Assembly (NCBI RefSeq): GCF_006345805.1
Contig: NC_043014.1
Location: 41,726,001 to 41,790,000, forward strand
DNA: 64,000 nt
Source: Octopus sinensis
Lineage: Eukaryota
Direction of reading: 5' to 3'
Positions 11,978 to 24,470 of the stretch are shown in pieces (position 1 is the stretch's first letter; each line of letters opens with the position of its first letter). The notes under the pieces are model-generated. The model saw only the letters and a list, made by a program, of their open reading frames with translations. It was not told where the DNA came from and searched no databases. Made by a program: the position numbers and the translations under genes.

Positions 11978-12000
11978 CTATATTAAGTTCGATAATTGAG
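9395..12000. repeat. Compound low-complexity tract: (AGT)n, GAG/GGA-rich, (TA)n, (AAT)n, (GAT)n
   Basis: Direct reading; includes an 83-bp tandem unit at 10595-10771; source of poly-S/I/H/M/D ORFs. Confidence 0.95.
10030..10187 (+). promoter_or_regulatory. Putative promoter/first-exon island
   Basis: TCACGTGAC 10030, TACGTCA 10045, ATTGG 10055, AAGATGG 10070, CCGGAAG 10104, ATG 10154, donor-like AG/GTCAGT 10182; motif inference only. Confidence 0.3.
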
Positions 12001-12176
12001 AACATAACAGATGATGGGATGTTTGTCTTCTAGATCCGAAAAGAGGACTCGTTTGTGTAAAGAATTGATTGATTTTATTCGATTTTTGTACATATATATG
12101 TAATGCACCCTAATATAATGTATGTGTGTGTGGTGTGTGTGTGTGTGTGTGCGTTTGTGTAAGTGTGTATGTATGC

Positions 12177-12224
<48 letters not shown>

Positions 12225-13599
12225 GTGTGTATGTATACTTATGAATGTATGTATGTATGTATGTATGTATGTATATATATATACATTGTATGTATGCATG
12301 TATATACGTATGCAAATATGTATGTATGTTTTCATGTACGTATCTTTGTATGGACAGAAATGTGTACGCTTGCAAGTGTGTCTTCTCGCTGATGATGTCG
12401 ACATCGGGTGAGTGTCCAAAAAAAAAAGAAATTATAATAATAAATCGATGTTTATCTTATGTATTCGGCTGCCTTCTCTTTTATATGTGATAATAATTTC
12501 AATTATCGTCATGTGATTATCGGATCATGGTGATAAACGACTGTGCAATATTTATGTCACTCTCTACCTTTATATATAACATGAGAGTCATTGCGAATGG
12601 CAAGCACAGATACTTAACTGTATATGAAGATGTCTCATTGTTTACTGTATTAAATTTTTTTTTTAGTGCGCCTTTTTCAAGCCTAGCCAGGCTCATGAGC
12701 CCGGTTTCCCGGTTTCTGTGGCTTATGCGTTTCCCCTCTGTTCCGTTTCTGTATCTTTATTTTCGTCGGGATTTTACGTAACATCAACAATTGCGTTTGG
12801 TTACTATTTCATTCTTGATAGTTTCAGTTTTTCGAAGATTTTCGAGCCCCCATATTACATATAATTACAGAATATTGAGTTTATTTTTACCGTTTCTTCT
12901 TTTAATGGTTTCACCCGTAGGACTGCGGCCACACAGAAACACCACCTTAACTTATTTACTATCGGTTTCGAGGTTATTTCATGGCCAGAAATTAGCCTGT
13001 GATTGGGTTCACAGTAGCTGATCTTCCCTGAGTGTAAACTTGAATGGTTGGCTGGTTTGGTATCGTCGTTAGGAGTTTATTCCATTTTTTGGAGGACGTC
13101 TAAATATGTTTCTTTTTTAGCCACCCAGGGCTGAACACAACGGGGACAAATTACAAAGTAGAGCTTTTCTTTTGGGAGAGAAAAAAATAAAAAATAAAAA
13201 ATAAAAACTAAAAAGGGGGGTAGGATTTCGATCAAACGGGATCGTAAAAAAAAAAAGCTCATACCCCATAGTGTTTTGCCCGTTTTGAAGGTGGTACATA
13301 TTCAAAATAAATATTTGATAATTCCTTAGATAATTTATAATTTGCATACGTTTAGATATTGGGGAATAATCAAATAAATTATTCCATTGAACGATAACCT
13401 TCTCCTGTGGTATATACACAAGAACAGATTCAGGCATAAGAAAGAAAGCGAACACAGCGACTATAATGACTGAAATCTAATATTTTATATATTTGGCTGT
13501 TTGAATATTTTTTTAAACACTATTTCCTGTCCTGTATACACTGTCCACAATCCTTTTCCTATCGTGGTTTTTTTCTTTCTCTTACTACTGTGAAGTAAT

Positions 13600-14013
13600 A
13601 GGAATGACGGAGAAGAAGAAGAAGAGGAAGAAAAAGAAGAAGAAAAAGAAGAAGAAGAAGAAGAAGTAGTAGAAGAAGTAGAAGAAGTAGAAGAAAGAGA
13701 AGAGGTAGTAGAAGAAGAAGAAGAAGAAGTAGAAGAAGAAGAAGAAGAAGTAGAGGAAGAGAAGTAGTAGGGGAAGAAGCAGGGAAAGAAATAGGAGAAG
13801 AAGAAGAAGAAACTAGGAAGAAGACAATGATGATAATGATGATGATAACGATGATCACGACGACGACGATGATGATGATGATGATGTTGTTGGTGGTGAT
13901 GTTGTTGGTGGCGGTGTTGATGTTGATGATGGTGGTGGTTTGTGCTGCTGGAAATGATGACGACGATGATGATGATGATGATGATGATGATGGTGATGTT
14001 GATGGAGAGGACA

Positions 14014-14049
<36 letters not shown>

Positions 14050-14105
14050 CAGCAGCAGCAGTGGTAGTAGTAATAGTAGCAGCAGCAGTAGTAGTAGTAG
14101 TAGAA
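13600..14105. repeat. (AAG)n/(GAT)n/(AGT)n trinucleotide arrays
   Basis: Direct reading. Confidence 0.95.
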
Positions 14106-14771
14106 TAAGAAAGCAAACGAAAGAAAGTTTAAAGTGACTCCTTTGGGAGATAAATTTCTGACAGTGTTATCGGCATTATATTTTGGAATGTTTGTTTGTC
14201 AATAAAATGTCTCATTAAAAAAGGAACTGGAAGCGGTGTGTGTGTGTTGGGGGTGAAATTTAAAGGAAAAACAAAAGCGGGTGAGGGGGGTATTCATAGA
14301 AATATAATCGGCGAGAAAATACAGCAGTTGAAACAATGTTAAAGGAACCAGACAGTACCAGCAATGAGGTTTAAGAGAAATAACTATTTGTTTTTGGTGG
14401 GGTTTTTTATTTTTTAATTCGTTATTTATTGTCTTTTATTTTTTCTCTGTTTTTTTTTTAGCAAATTTTAATTTACGAGAATCGTATGGCATTATGTTCT
14501 ACTTAATCTCTTGTAACTATTTGTCGTTTTTTTGTATGTATGTATGTATGTATGTATGTATGTATGTATGTATGTATGTATGTATGCATGTATGTATGCA
14601 TGTATGCATGTATGTATGTATGCATGTATGTATTTATGTATGTATGCATGTATGCGTTTATGTATGCATGTATGTATGTACGCATGCGTGTATGTATGCA
14701 TGTATGCGTGCATGTATGTATGCGTGTATGTATATATGCATGTATGTATATATGTATCTATCTATGTATGG

Positions 14772-14801
<30 letters not shown>

Positions 14802-14808
<7 letters not shown>

Positions 14809-15743
14809 AATAAAATAGAACATATGCATATATATAAACATATATGTACGTACCTACCTCTACATGTACATATACACGCATATATGTGTACAGGACACCA
14901 AAAAGACGTCGAACACATAGAGAGACGAAACACATAGACACAAACCAAGGAACAAGACAAGCAAAAAAAAAAAAAGAGAGATACAGGACAATAAGCACAA
15001 CGGAAAATCCCCTTCTTCAGTCGCTAAGATTTCATCTACTAAACGTTTCGAAGGATAAAAGCGAGACGTATACTTCGAAGAAAACTTCCTTCCCGCGAAA
15101 AGCAAATCAATTAAAATTCTGAGATCTTTTCGCAGAGGGGTAAAAAAAAGCAAGACGGTAACGACAGTACAAACATATAAACAGTAAAAAATATATATAA
15201 ACAGTGGAAAAATAAATATATAACAGTGAGAGACAGGACAAGGAGAACAAGATAAGAAGGGCTGTTAACGCCAGACGAAAAAAGTATTGCAAACGCTGGA
15301 TTATCGTGGACGACGAGAGAGAGAAAAATTGTCGACCAGTAGCCTTACAAGGCGGGCGAGAAAAGACAGGATAGCAGTTACGACGGAAGTATCGTCGCAG
15401 ATGGACGACGGGAATGGGGGAGGAGGAGCAAGAGGAAGAGAGAGAAGAAGGGGAATGGTGCGAGGAGACCATGAAGAATGGTGAAAGGGAGAGAGAGAAT
15501 GAAGAATGAGAGAGAGAGGAAGAGACAAGTTAAGTGAGGGAAAAAAGACGAAAAAGGGAATGGGAGAGAAAGAAAGAAAGATGCAGAGTCGCGTGAGAGT
15601 TAATATCAAGGCTAACTTGATAAACAGAACAATCTTACTTAATAGGGTGCGTGCGTTTAGTCGTATAATATGTTAATAAAATAGAACATATGCATATATA
15701 TAAACATATATGTACGTACCTACCTCTACATGTACATATACAC
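14802..15743 (+). repeat. Identical 76-bp direct repeats (14802-14877, 15668-15743) bracketing ~790 bp
   Basis: ATATGTTAATAAAATAGAACATATGCATATATATAAACATATATGTACGTACCTACCTCTACATGTACATATACAC occurs twice. Confidence 0.9.
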
Positions 15744-15814
15744 ATATATATATATATGGAGAGAGAAAGAGGGAGAGAGAGAGACAGAGAAAGAGACAGA
15801 CAGACAGACAGACA

Positions 15815-16170
<356 letters not shown>

Positions 16171-17289
16171 CCACTCCGCTCTCAGTATTTCTATGTGAGC
16201 GCGTCTGTGCATGTCTTCCTAGAATCCTTGTCCATTTTGCGTGCATAGATTCGAATATATAAAAACTTCAAATAAATTTTTCAGTGCACACGCGCGCACA
16301 CCCACGCACACACAAACATGTACTCATATGCATGTTCTTGTATATGTATGTGTTTATGTAAGTTTTCATAAATACACACACAGATACTCCCACTCATAAT
16401 CACAGGCTCATACTAACACACACACACACGTGGTTGTGTACATGTTTTCAAATATATCTAAAGAAAGGCATCCGAAACTTTATCCGCCATTCTCTAAGGA
16501 ACTATTTTAGCGGTTTAACATGAATTTAATTTTATTGCAGTTGTAATCACGATCGTCATTGTTCAAATTATTACGTGACATACATACGTCCATGGCAAAT
16601 GCAAACACACTCACAGTTGCATCACGAACAGCCAAACACACACGCATACACATATACATACGTACACAAACGCACAAATGCACATACATACACGCGAAGA
16701 CACATACATACGCGCAAAGACACGCATACTCTCAGATGTTTAAAAAATGTATTTAACTTGTGTGTGTTCTAGTTTGTAGAATATGTTTAACATTGAAGAA
16801 ATATTTATGTGGATAAGGAATTTTATTGGGGATTAAATAAGGAAGGAAATAGAATGAGATTGTTGTCAGGGTAAAATTGGAGAAGCAGTGTGTGGAATAG
16901 TTTTATATGCAGCATTGGTCGAGTCCGGACCCTGATCACAAACTCTTATATTTCACTTACAATAATATCAAAACAGCGTTTTTCTGAATTTTAGATTTGC
17001 AATATTTGGATCGTGTATAGCAGAAATTTGAGTAAAGAAATTTTACTTCCGAAAGAAGTGACATCAACTAATAAAGAGTCCCCGAACAGATTAGCTGACT
17101 CAACTAAGGAACAATACATAAACTTATTCACCCTAGGGATACAAGAATATCAAGACTTCAGTTAAGCGCGTAAGACACAAATGTTTCGCAATGAATGAAC
17201 ATTCGGAGAAAAATTACAGAAACAGGAAACAAAACTAAATACACACTCATAATTATATCATACTGCAAAAAAATAAAAGCAGAAAAGAA

Positions 17290-17520
17290 AAGAAAAATTA
17301 GAAAGTTTCTCAACAAAACGAAACCCGATATTTTGCAAGACATTATTAATGTAAGCATAAAAGTTGTAAACTTCATGACTCAGACTGTTGCACCGAACAT
17401 AGAAGTATGACAATTTCCATCGGGTGAGTTTGTGTTCACAACAAGGAAGTTCATTGCAGTTTACAGAGCTGACGAAACAATATTATATAGAAAAGCGTTA
17501 GTCTACATCACTACAGAAGC
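17290..17520 (+). pseudogene. hAT (Charlie/Buster-like) transposase fragment
   Basis: ORF 17195-17410 contains ILQDIINVSIKVVNFM, resembling the L..V..VVKIVNFIK segment of Charlie-type transposases. Confidence 0.4.
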
Positions 17521-17574
17521 CTGTAGTGAAAGCAATAGAGATATACACTGATATACGTTTGGAAGATCCTGTTG

Positions 17575-17986
17575 GGGTTGGTATCAAACTCTGGGATGCT
17601 AGCAATACTAGCATCAGAACTGGACATCACTGCACAGCTTCAAAGGTTCCAACCATCCCGTCGAGAGTGAGGGCCTTATACTGTAATAGCTTCGGCTTGA
17701 AGGGTCTACGGCTATTTCATATCTTGCCAAAACACCTGAGAGATCTTCATGGAGCAGTGGTAGATGTTTTCAAGAAACAGCTTGAATTCCTGCTGTCAAA
17801 AGTGCCAGATAAATCTACATCACGGCAACAAACTCAAAAAAAGGGACAATATTGAACTCACTTCTTCACCAAAAGCCAAACACAAAAGAATTGTTCTTGA
17901 AAAGGTGATAATACTGGCGGTGCCCCAGCATGGCCACATTTTTGGGGCTGAAATGCATAAAATAATATAAAAGAATAGAATAAAAG
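17575..17986 (+). mobile_element. CR1/L2-like LINE 3' end (copy 2)
   Basis: ORF 17526-17855: RTGHHCTASKVPTIPSRVRALYCNSFGLKGLRLFHILPKHLRDLHGAVVDVFKKQLEFLLSKVPDKSTSRQQ; tail GGCGGTGCCCCAGCATGGCCAC. Confidence 0.7.
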
Positions 17987-18053
17987 GATGCATGTATACA
18001 TACATATATATGTGTGATTGTGTCTGTGTGTGTGCGCGCGTGTGTATAAAAAC

Positions 18054-18292
18054 GGGCCACGAGCTGGCAGAAACATTAGCACGCCGGGCGAAATGCTGAG
18101 CAGTATTTCGTCTGCCGCTACGTTCTGAGTTCAAATTCCGCCGAGGTCGACTTTGCCTTTCATCCTTTCGGGGTCGATTAAATAAGTACCAGTTACGCAC
18201 TGGGGTCGATATAATCGACTTAATCCGTTTGTCTCTCCTTGTTCGTCCTCTCTGTGTTTGGCCCCTTGTGGGTAGTAAAGAAATCGGTATTT
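18054..18292 (+). mobile_element. SINE family B, full length
   Basis: GAGCTGGCAGAAACATTAGCACGCCGGGCG..GAGTTCAAATTCC..GTCGACTTTGCC..AAAGAAATCGGTATTT. Confidence 0.9.
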
Positions 18293-19098
18293 TGTTCAGG
18301 CCGAATAAACGAAATATTTTTTTTTTAACGAACAAAAGTTTATTTATACACAAACACATATAGACATGGAAGTATTTTCCGTTTTTCTGCGTTGTCCACA
18401 TATTTAGAAATCCATGTCAGTACACATCTTGCTATCAGCGTGTTCCTTTTTCTTGTTCTTCAATCAATTTCCAAGTGTAATTTTAACTCTGTCCACGAGA
18501 ATGAGTTAACGTTCTACATGCATACACACATATGCATACACCCCTTCTTCCTTTCCTTCTCTCATTCCTTCTTTCTTTCTTTCTTTCTCTTCTCACTTTC
18601 TTTCTCGTTCTTCTGTGTCCCTCTCTGCAACTCCTTTCCTTTCGATTCCTCTGTACATCTATCATTCTCACATTCTCCATTAACTAAAAGCAACAAACAC
18701 TTAAAATACAGCTTGCTCTCAACAAATACCGAAACGAAGCAAATTGAATTTCCAGCAAATATTTAATTTTTCACAGGAACAAGCTGAAATAATATTGATG
18801 CGTTTAGATAATCGATTAGTGGCGAAGGTTCATTTTCAATAAGTCTTCAGTTTGTGCCAAAAATGTGAATGCTTCATTCGTTCAAGTAGGTTAAATTCTA
18901 CGAAATATCTTGATGTAGGATTTTTGTTTATTTTCATTCTCTTCATTATTTTCAGTTGCAGACATTACTCTAATGAGGGACCAATTTGTAAACCGAAATC
19001 AATTTACTTGGAGCAAGAACACGAAGAGTTGCTTCTATTTTTATTTATACTAAAGCAACTACAGAAATCAAAAGAATGTTTCTCTTTATTGCATCCGG

Positions 19099-19160
<62 letters not shown>

Positions 19161-20110
19161 GAATGTATAAAAACACTATGCCTTAGGGTGTTTGGGAATT
19201 ACCTTAGTTCGTTTACGTATGTAAGTAAATGAAGTTGGACATTTATAAAAAGATGCGTTAGGAGACCTAGCAAGGAGCTTTATTTTTCTTTTTTTTAATA
19301 TCTTGTTTTAACTTGACTACCTCCAGAGTATCTCGTATCAATTTTCTTGTTTTCCTAGCATTATCTGACTGGCAAACTTCAATAGAATATAGAGCGAATG
19401 TCTCTACACCGCATCATCTGTATAAAACGAGCTAGTCCAAACGGTGATTTACTTAATAAGAAATAAGAAAACGTTGCTGCCCGAAAAGTATTTGGTCATT
19501 GGACACATTAGTGCTTTGTTGTTGAGCGATGTGGCTATAAGCAATGTGATTCATCGTAAATGTTTCACCCTGCGTAATTGGAATGCAAAGTGGAGAGGAA
19601 TACTATTGACAACGATGAAATCTATAACAGCAACAGGTTATAAATAATCAAAATACTAAACTTGTAAAAGAAATAGAAGTAGTAACATAATTTAATAAGT
19701 TCCGTCTGCATGTAATTGTAATATCATTATGGCAGAGAATACCGCATTCCAAGAGATACTCGAAGAACAGTTTTCCTTTTTCTTTTAATTTTTTTTTTTC
19801 AGACTAATAGTTAGACTTGATCGGAATAGCAGCTGAATCTCCTTGAAACGAAACCCAACTATCTTCCGTATACTTTCCCTCACGTAGCTTGCCACTGTAT
19901 CTATCATTAAATTAATCAGTCAACATATCTACCTACTTGAAAGGCAGCGACCTGGCTGAATCGTTAGCTCGCCGGCCAAAATGCTGCGCGGCATTTCGTC
20001 CGATTTGATGTTCTAAAGTTCAAATTCTGCCGAAGTCGACTCACTGTTCATCTTTATGGGGTCGAGCAAATAAATAGCATTGGTGTCGATATAATCGACA
20101 TACTCTCTGC

Positions 20111-20583
20111 GGAACTTTTCGGTTTGAACGGCAGTTTTTAACATAATTTCTAGGTAACTAAAAAATTTTAAACTTCGTATACTGGTAGAATGTGTTTATA
20201 AAACATCTTTTTCTCTTGGCTTTATTGAGAAAATTCTATAGTTTGTAAGATATTTGTTGTTGTTTTTTTCTTCAATTTCTGTAATTTCAACCAATCACTG
20301 ACGTCCATTGAGGTAAACAATATTCTGTGCCGTATGAATATGTCCCTCGTTTAAGAAACAGATTGGGTTTTTTACATTTGTGAAGAAAAAAAGATACCCT
20401 TCCCCCCACCCCTAACCCTAACCCTAACTCTAACCCTAACTAACCCTAACCCTAACTCTAACCCTAACTAACCCTAACCCTAAAATAGATTGAAATGCAA
20501 TTGATCGATACTGGGGTCATAATTATGGGTGATAATTTCATATGACACCGCTAGAAAAACTGCCGTTCAAACCAAAAAGATCC
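20111..20583. mobile_element. Non-autonomous DNA transposon (MITE), 29-bp TIRs, 8-bp TSD; Merlin-like or hAT-like
   Basis: TIRs 20111-20139 and 20555-20583 match at 27/29; TSD CTCTCTGC at 20103-20110 and 20584-20591; termini GG..CC. Confidence 0.85.
20410..20483. repeat. Interstitial telomere-like (CCCTAA)n array inside the MITE
   Basis: About 12 CCCTAA/CTCTAA/CTAA units. Confidence 0.9.
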
Positions 20584-21669
20584 CTCTCTGCCACAAAATA
20601 ACTGGCCTTGTACCAAAATTTGAAATCAGTATGATATAGGCAGTACGTGAGAATCTACATTAAGCGCATAAGTAACGGCGAAGTTATACAACTAATGTGT
20701 TTCATTACATGTTCGAGTCAACTGTCATCAATTCTTCGCAGAGAAAGTTCACCGTCATTAGTTCTCTGAAGGGAAAGTTTACCGCATCAGTTCACAACAG
20801 GATAAGTTCACCGTCGTCAATTCACTGTTTTCTTATCTTTTTCAATAAAGTAAATACATTGTATATATTCCCACGGTAAACTTTTTCGTGGTAAATTGGT
20901 GGCGGCTCGCCACCTTTAAAATATTCTTTTCTACTCTAAGCAAAACCATTAAATTTTGGGGGAGGAGGGCCAATCGATAAGATCGACCCCAGTACACAGC
21001 TGATATTTAATTTATCGACCCTGAAAGGATGAAAGGCAAAGTCGACCTCGGGGGAATTTGAACTACCTATGTAATATTATGTGAAGCAAGGAGTGATTTA
21101 ATGAATATAAGATTTTATTATCAGTTCGGATATATTTAGTTCAGGAAGTAACATCACATATAATAAACTGACATCTAGTCGCCAGATATATTTATCTATG
21201 GAATCATATGAAACCATAACTCAATCTACAAGACTAAGATTGTGTTGAGACTAAGAAAAATGGTAATTATACCAGTGAGAATAATATGCGGTGCGATGGA
21301 CCATATAGATAAACTGGAGATATGAAACGCCAAACTTATATTTTACATGAACCAACAGTGATACCAAAAATATAAATGAGAAATCCTAGATCCAAACACT
21401 CCGTTATACAATACCTCCGTCTAATTAAGAACAATAACGAATACTCTGAAATACAGGTATAAATCTTGTGGGCTGAAGCGTTACAATGTAGAAACCTAGC
21501 ACCCTCGGGTTTATATCTATGTACCGGTTAAATGGGGAGGAAAAAATTAAACTAGAAAAGAACATCACAGATACGGTTCCTCTTGATTTATTGTTTGTGG
21601 CGTGCGCCCCAGAAAAGTGTTATGAATTGTGAGCTTCTGGATATTACAGCTATCTTATGCGCTTATGTT

Positions 21670-22000
21670 GTGAGGGCGCGTGGCTTAGTGGTTAGGGCAT
21701 TCGGCTCATGATCGTAAGGTTGTGAGTTCGATTCTCGGCGACGCGTTGTGTCCTTGAGCAAGACACTTTATTTCACGTTGCTCCAGTCCACTCAGCTGGC
21801 AAAAATGAGTTGTACTTGTATTTCAAAGTGTCAGCCTTGTCACTCTCTGTGTCACGCTGATTATCCCCGAGAACTACGTTAAGGGTACACGTGTCTGTGG
21901 AATGCTCAGCCATTTGCACGTTAATTTCACGAGCAAGCTGTTCCGTTGATCGTATCAGCTTGGACCCTCGTCGTCGTAACCGGCGGAGTCTTTTTTTTTA
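21670..22000 (+). mobile_element. SINE family C, full length, 13-bp TSD, T-rich end
   Basis: TSD ATGCGCTTATGTT at 21657-21669 and 22001-22013; A/B-box-like head. Confidence 0.9.
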
Positions 22001-22461
22001 ATGCGCTTATGTTACTTATGCTTGTCTGTGTTAAATTGGTAAGATGGTATTTTTGAGCTGCTGATGTACAAATGATAAGGCGTTGTGATATGGATGTTGC
22101 AGCTATTTTTACGTATAATTAGAAGCATGTCTATATTAAATGTTTCAAACAGTATTTTTAAATTGCTGATGCAAAATTGCCCTGGTTTGTTGAAGATGTG
22201 TTTTGATGCTTTCTTTTTTGAACCTGTGTGATTTAAAGCCGTTTCCTCGCCAAACTGTGTCCTTAAAAGACCGAGCAGTCCATCATTTTTGATATTTCTA
22301 TTTTATTCCATCGGGACAAAGTAGAAATGATTGTTTGTACAAATGCAGCACCCGTGTTTGTTCTAAATGTGCTACAGTTTCGTTTTGGTTTCTTTACGAA
22401 TTTTTCACAGTTGTGTACATTTAAGAGGCATTCTGTACAATTTTTGACATATTTTTATCCA

Positions 22462-23010
22462 GGCGGCGAGCTGGCAGAAACGTTAGCACGCCGGGCAAAA
22501 TGCTCAGCGGTATTTCGTCTGCCGTCGACTTTGCCTTTCATCCTTTCGGGGTCGATAAATTAAGTACCAGTTACGCACTGGGGTCGATGTAATCGACTTA
22601 ATCCGTATGTCTGTCCTTGTTTGTCCCCTCTATGTTTAGCCCCTTCTAGGTAATAAAGAAATAGATATTTCGCTTATCGTTATGTTCTGAGTTCAAGTTC
22701 CGCCGACGTCGACTTTGCCTTTCATCCTTTCGGGGTCGATAAATTAAGTACGAGTTACGCACTGGGGTCGATATAGTCGATTTAATCCGCCTGTCTATCC
22801 TTGTTTGTCCCCTCTATGTTTAGCCCCTTGTGGGTAATAAGGAAATAGATATTTTACTTGTTATGTTCTGAGTTCAAATTTCGCCGAGGTCAACTTTGCC
22901 TTTCATCATTTCGGGGTCGATAAATTAAATACCAGTTACGTACTGGTGTCGATATAATCGACTTCCCCTCCCCAGAAATTTTGGGTCTTGTGCTAAGAGT
23001 AGAAAAGGAT
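22462..23010 (+). mobile_element. SINE family B tandem trimer
   Basis: One head, then body units at 22462-22664, 22665-22848 and 22849-23010, each junction AAATAG/ATATTT. Confidence 0.9.
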
Positions 23011-23747
23011 GCATATTTTATCGACTTCGGCATATATTCACCGGGATTTGAACAGAAATTTTAAATTTTTGCTACTGAACATTGACTTGGTATTTTGCTC
23101 TTCCCTCTATTTATCTTACCGCTTATTACTTATGATTGTTTACCCTCGGAGCAGCTTGGGACTGCCGTTTTCGTGGTGTTAAAATATGGTAACTCGAGTA
23201 ATAAGAGGATTTAAAATATATGCAAATGTGAATTTATGGAAGTAACAATTATTTTCAGTTAAATTTTTAAAGCTCTTCTTTTTCTCATTGTTGCACGAGG
23301 AGAGTTATGACAGAGAAATCTCTTGAAATTCATAAAATTTGCAACATCAACTGCACATGTTCCACCTAGGCGGCGCTAGGAATAATCGATAGCAAAGTAC
23401 AAAAAAAAAAAGGGAAATAAAATAAAAACAAAAAAAAACAACTGTAGAAACTACAGAAGTGAGGAAGTAATTTTAGGATTGCCGGAAGAGTTATTATCAC
23501 TTAGCTTGATATTAATTTATTTTTATGCGATAAATAGCATTTTGCATTTTTTTGGGGTTTTTTTTTCTTGTATTTTAAAAAAAAGACTTTTTTTTAGTTA
23601 ATTAAAATTTCATTATTTGTCAAGTTTACTTTTCTGTTTGCGAAAAAGAGAAAATAAACAAAGAAGATACAGCAACCGAAATATTCGTAAATGATACGAA
23701 AATAAAGCGAGAAAGAAGAGGGGAAAGAAAAAGAAAATTGTACTTAC

Positions 23748-23867
23748 TGACTAAAGTATAAGGTAATTAATTATTTTACAATCACAAGCTACTACTTCTA
23801 CGCAGTTTGTGCTCAGTTCTCAGTTCTTCTTCTGTTCTGTCTGAAATCGATTCCATCCTGGTAACAT
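23748..23867 (-). other. Candidate 120-bp exon (stop-containing or UTR) of an unidentified gene
   Basis: Acceptor TTTGTTTATGTTGGTTCAG and donor TCA/GTAAGT; longest frame VTRMESISDRTEEELRTEHKLRRSSSL* (stop 23782-23784). Confidence 0.3.
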
Positions 23868-24084
23868 CTGAACCAACATAAACAAAACAATTTCAAATTA
23901 TTTTACTTTTTTCTAGAACATTTTACTTTAGGCAATACATATGTTGTTATGGTTTTGTATTTTTGCATCTTGTTTAGCAATTGCTTTATAAATCATTACA
24001 GAAACTATGTGCGCGTTTATTTACACTGCGTACCCACATTTTTGTACGCAAACAAACACAAAACAGACATTGAAACTTGTGCTA

Positions 24085-24096
24085 ATATATATATAT

Positions 24097-24182
<86 letters not shown>

Positions 24183-24310
24183 TAGATATATATGTATATG
24201 TATGTACATATATATATGTATGAGTATATCGACATATATATATATGAATATATAAACATATATATAGATACCTACATATATATGTATATATATATATATA
24301 TGAATATATA

Positions 24311-24352
<42 letters not shown>

Positions 24353-24404
24353 GTATATGGATATATAAACATTTTATTTATCTCTATATGTTTATATATA
24401 TGTT

Positions 24405-24441
<37 letters not shown>

Positions 24442-24470
24442 GTATGTATATATACATATATATGCATATA
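24085..24470. repeat. (TA)n-rich array; similar blocks at 26065-26305, 37710-37885, 43340-43620, 48480-48740 and 56700-57115
   Basis: Direct reading. Confidence 0.95.

Noticed and set aside
11043-12005. 320-aa ORF, the longest in the track
   Set aside because: Entirely (AAT)n/(GAT)n-derived
12358-12413. Possible small exon with a GTGAGT donor
   Set aside because: Weak acceptor inside (TATG)n, no recognisable peptide; chance-level evidence
15000-15055. CGAAACGT/CTGAAGA hammerhead-like words (also about 57250 and 61827)
   Set aside because: Stems I and II cannot be paired convincingly
20410-20483. Possible chromosome end or telomere fusion
   Set aside because: Short array enclosed in a TIR/TSD element
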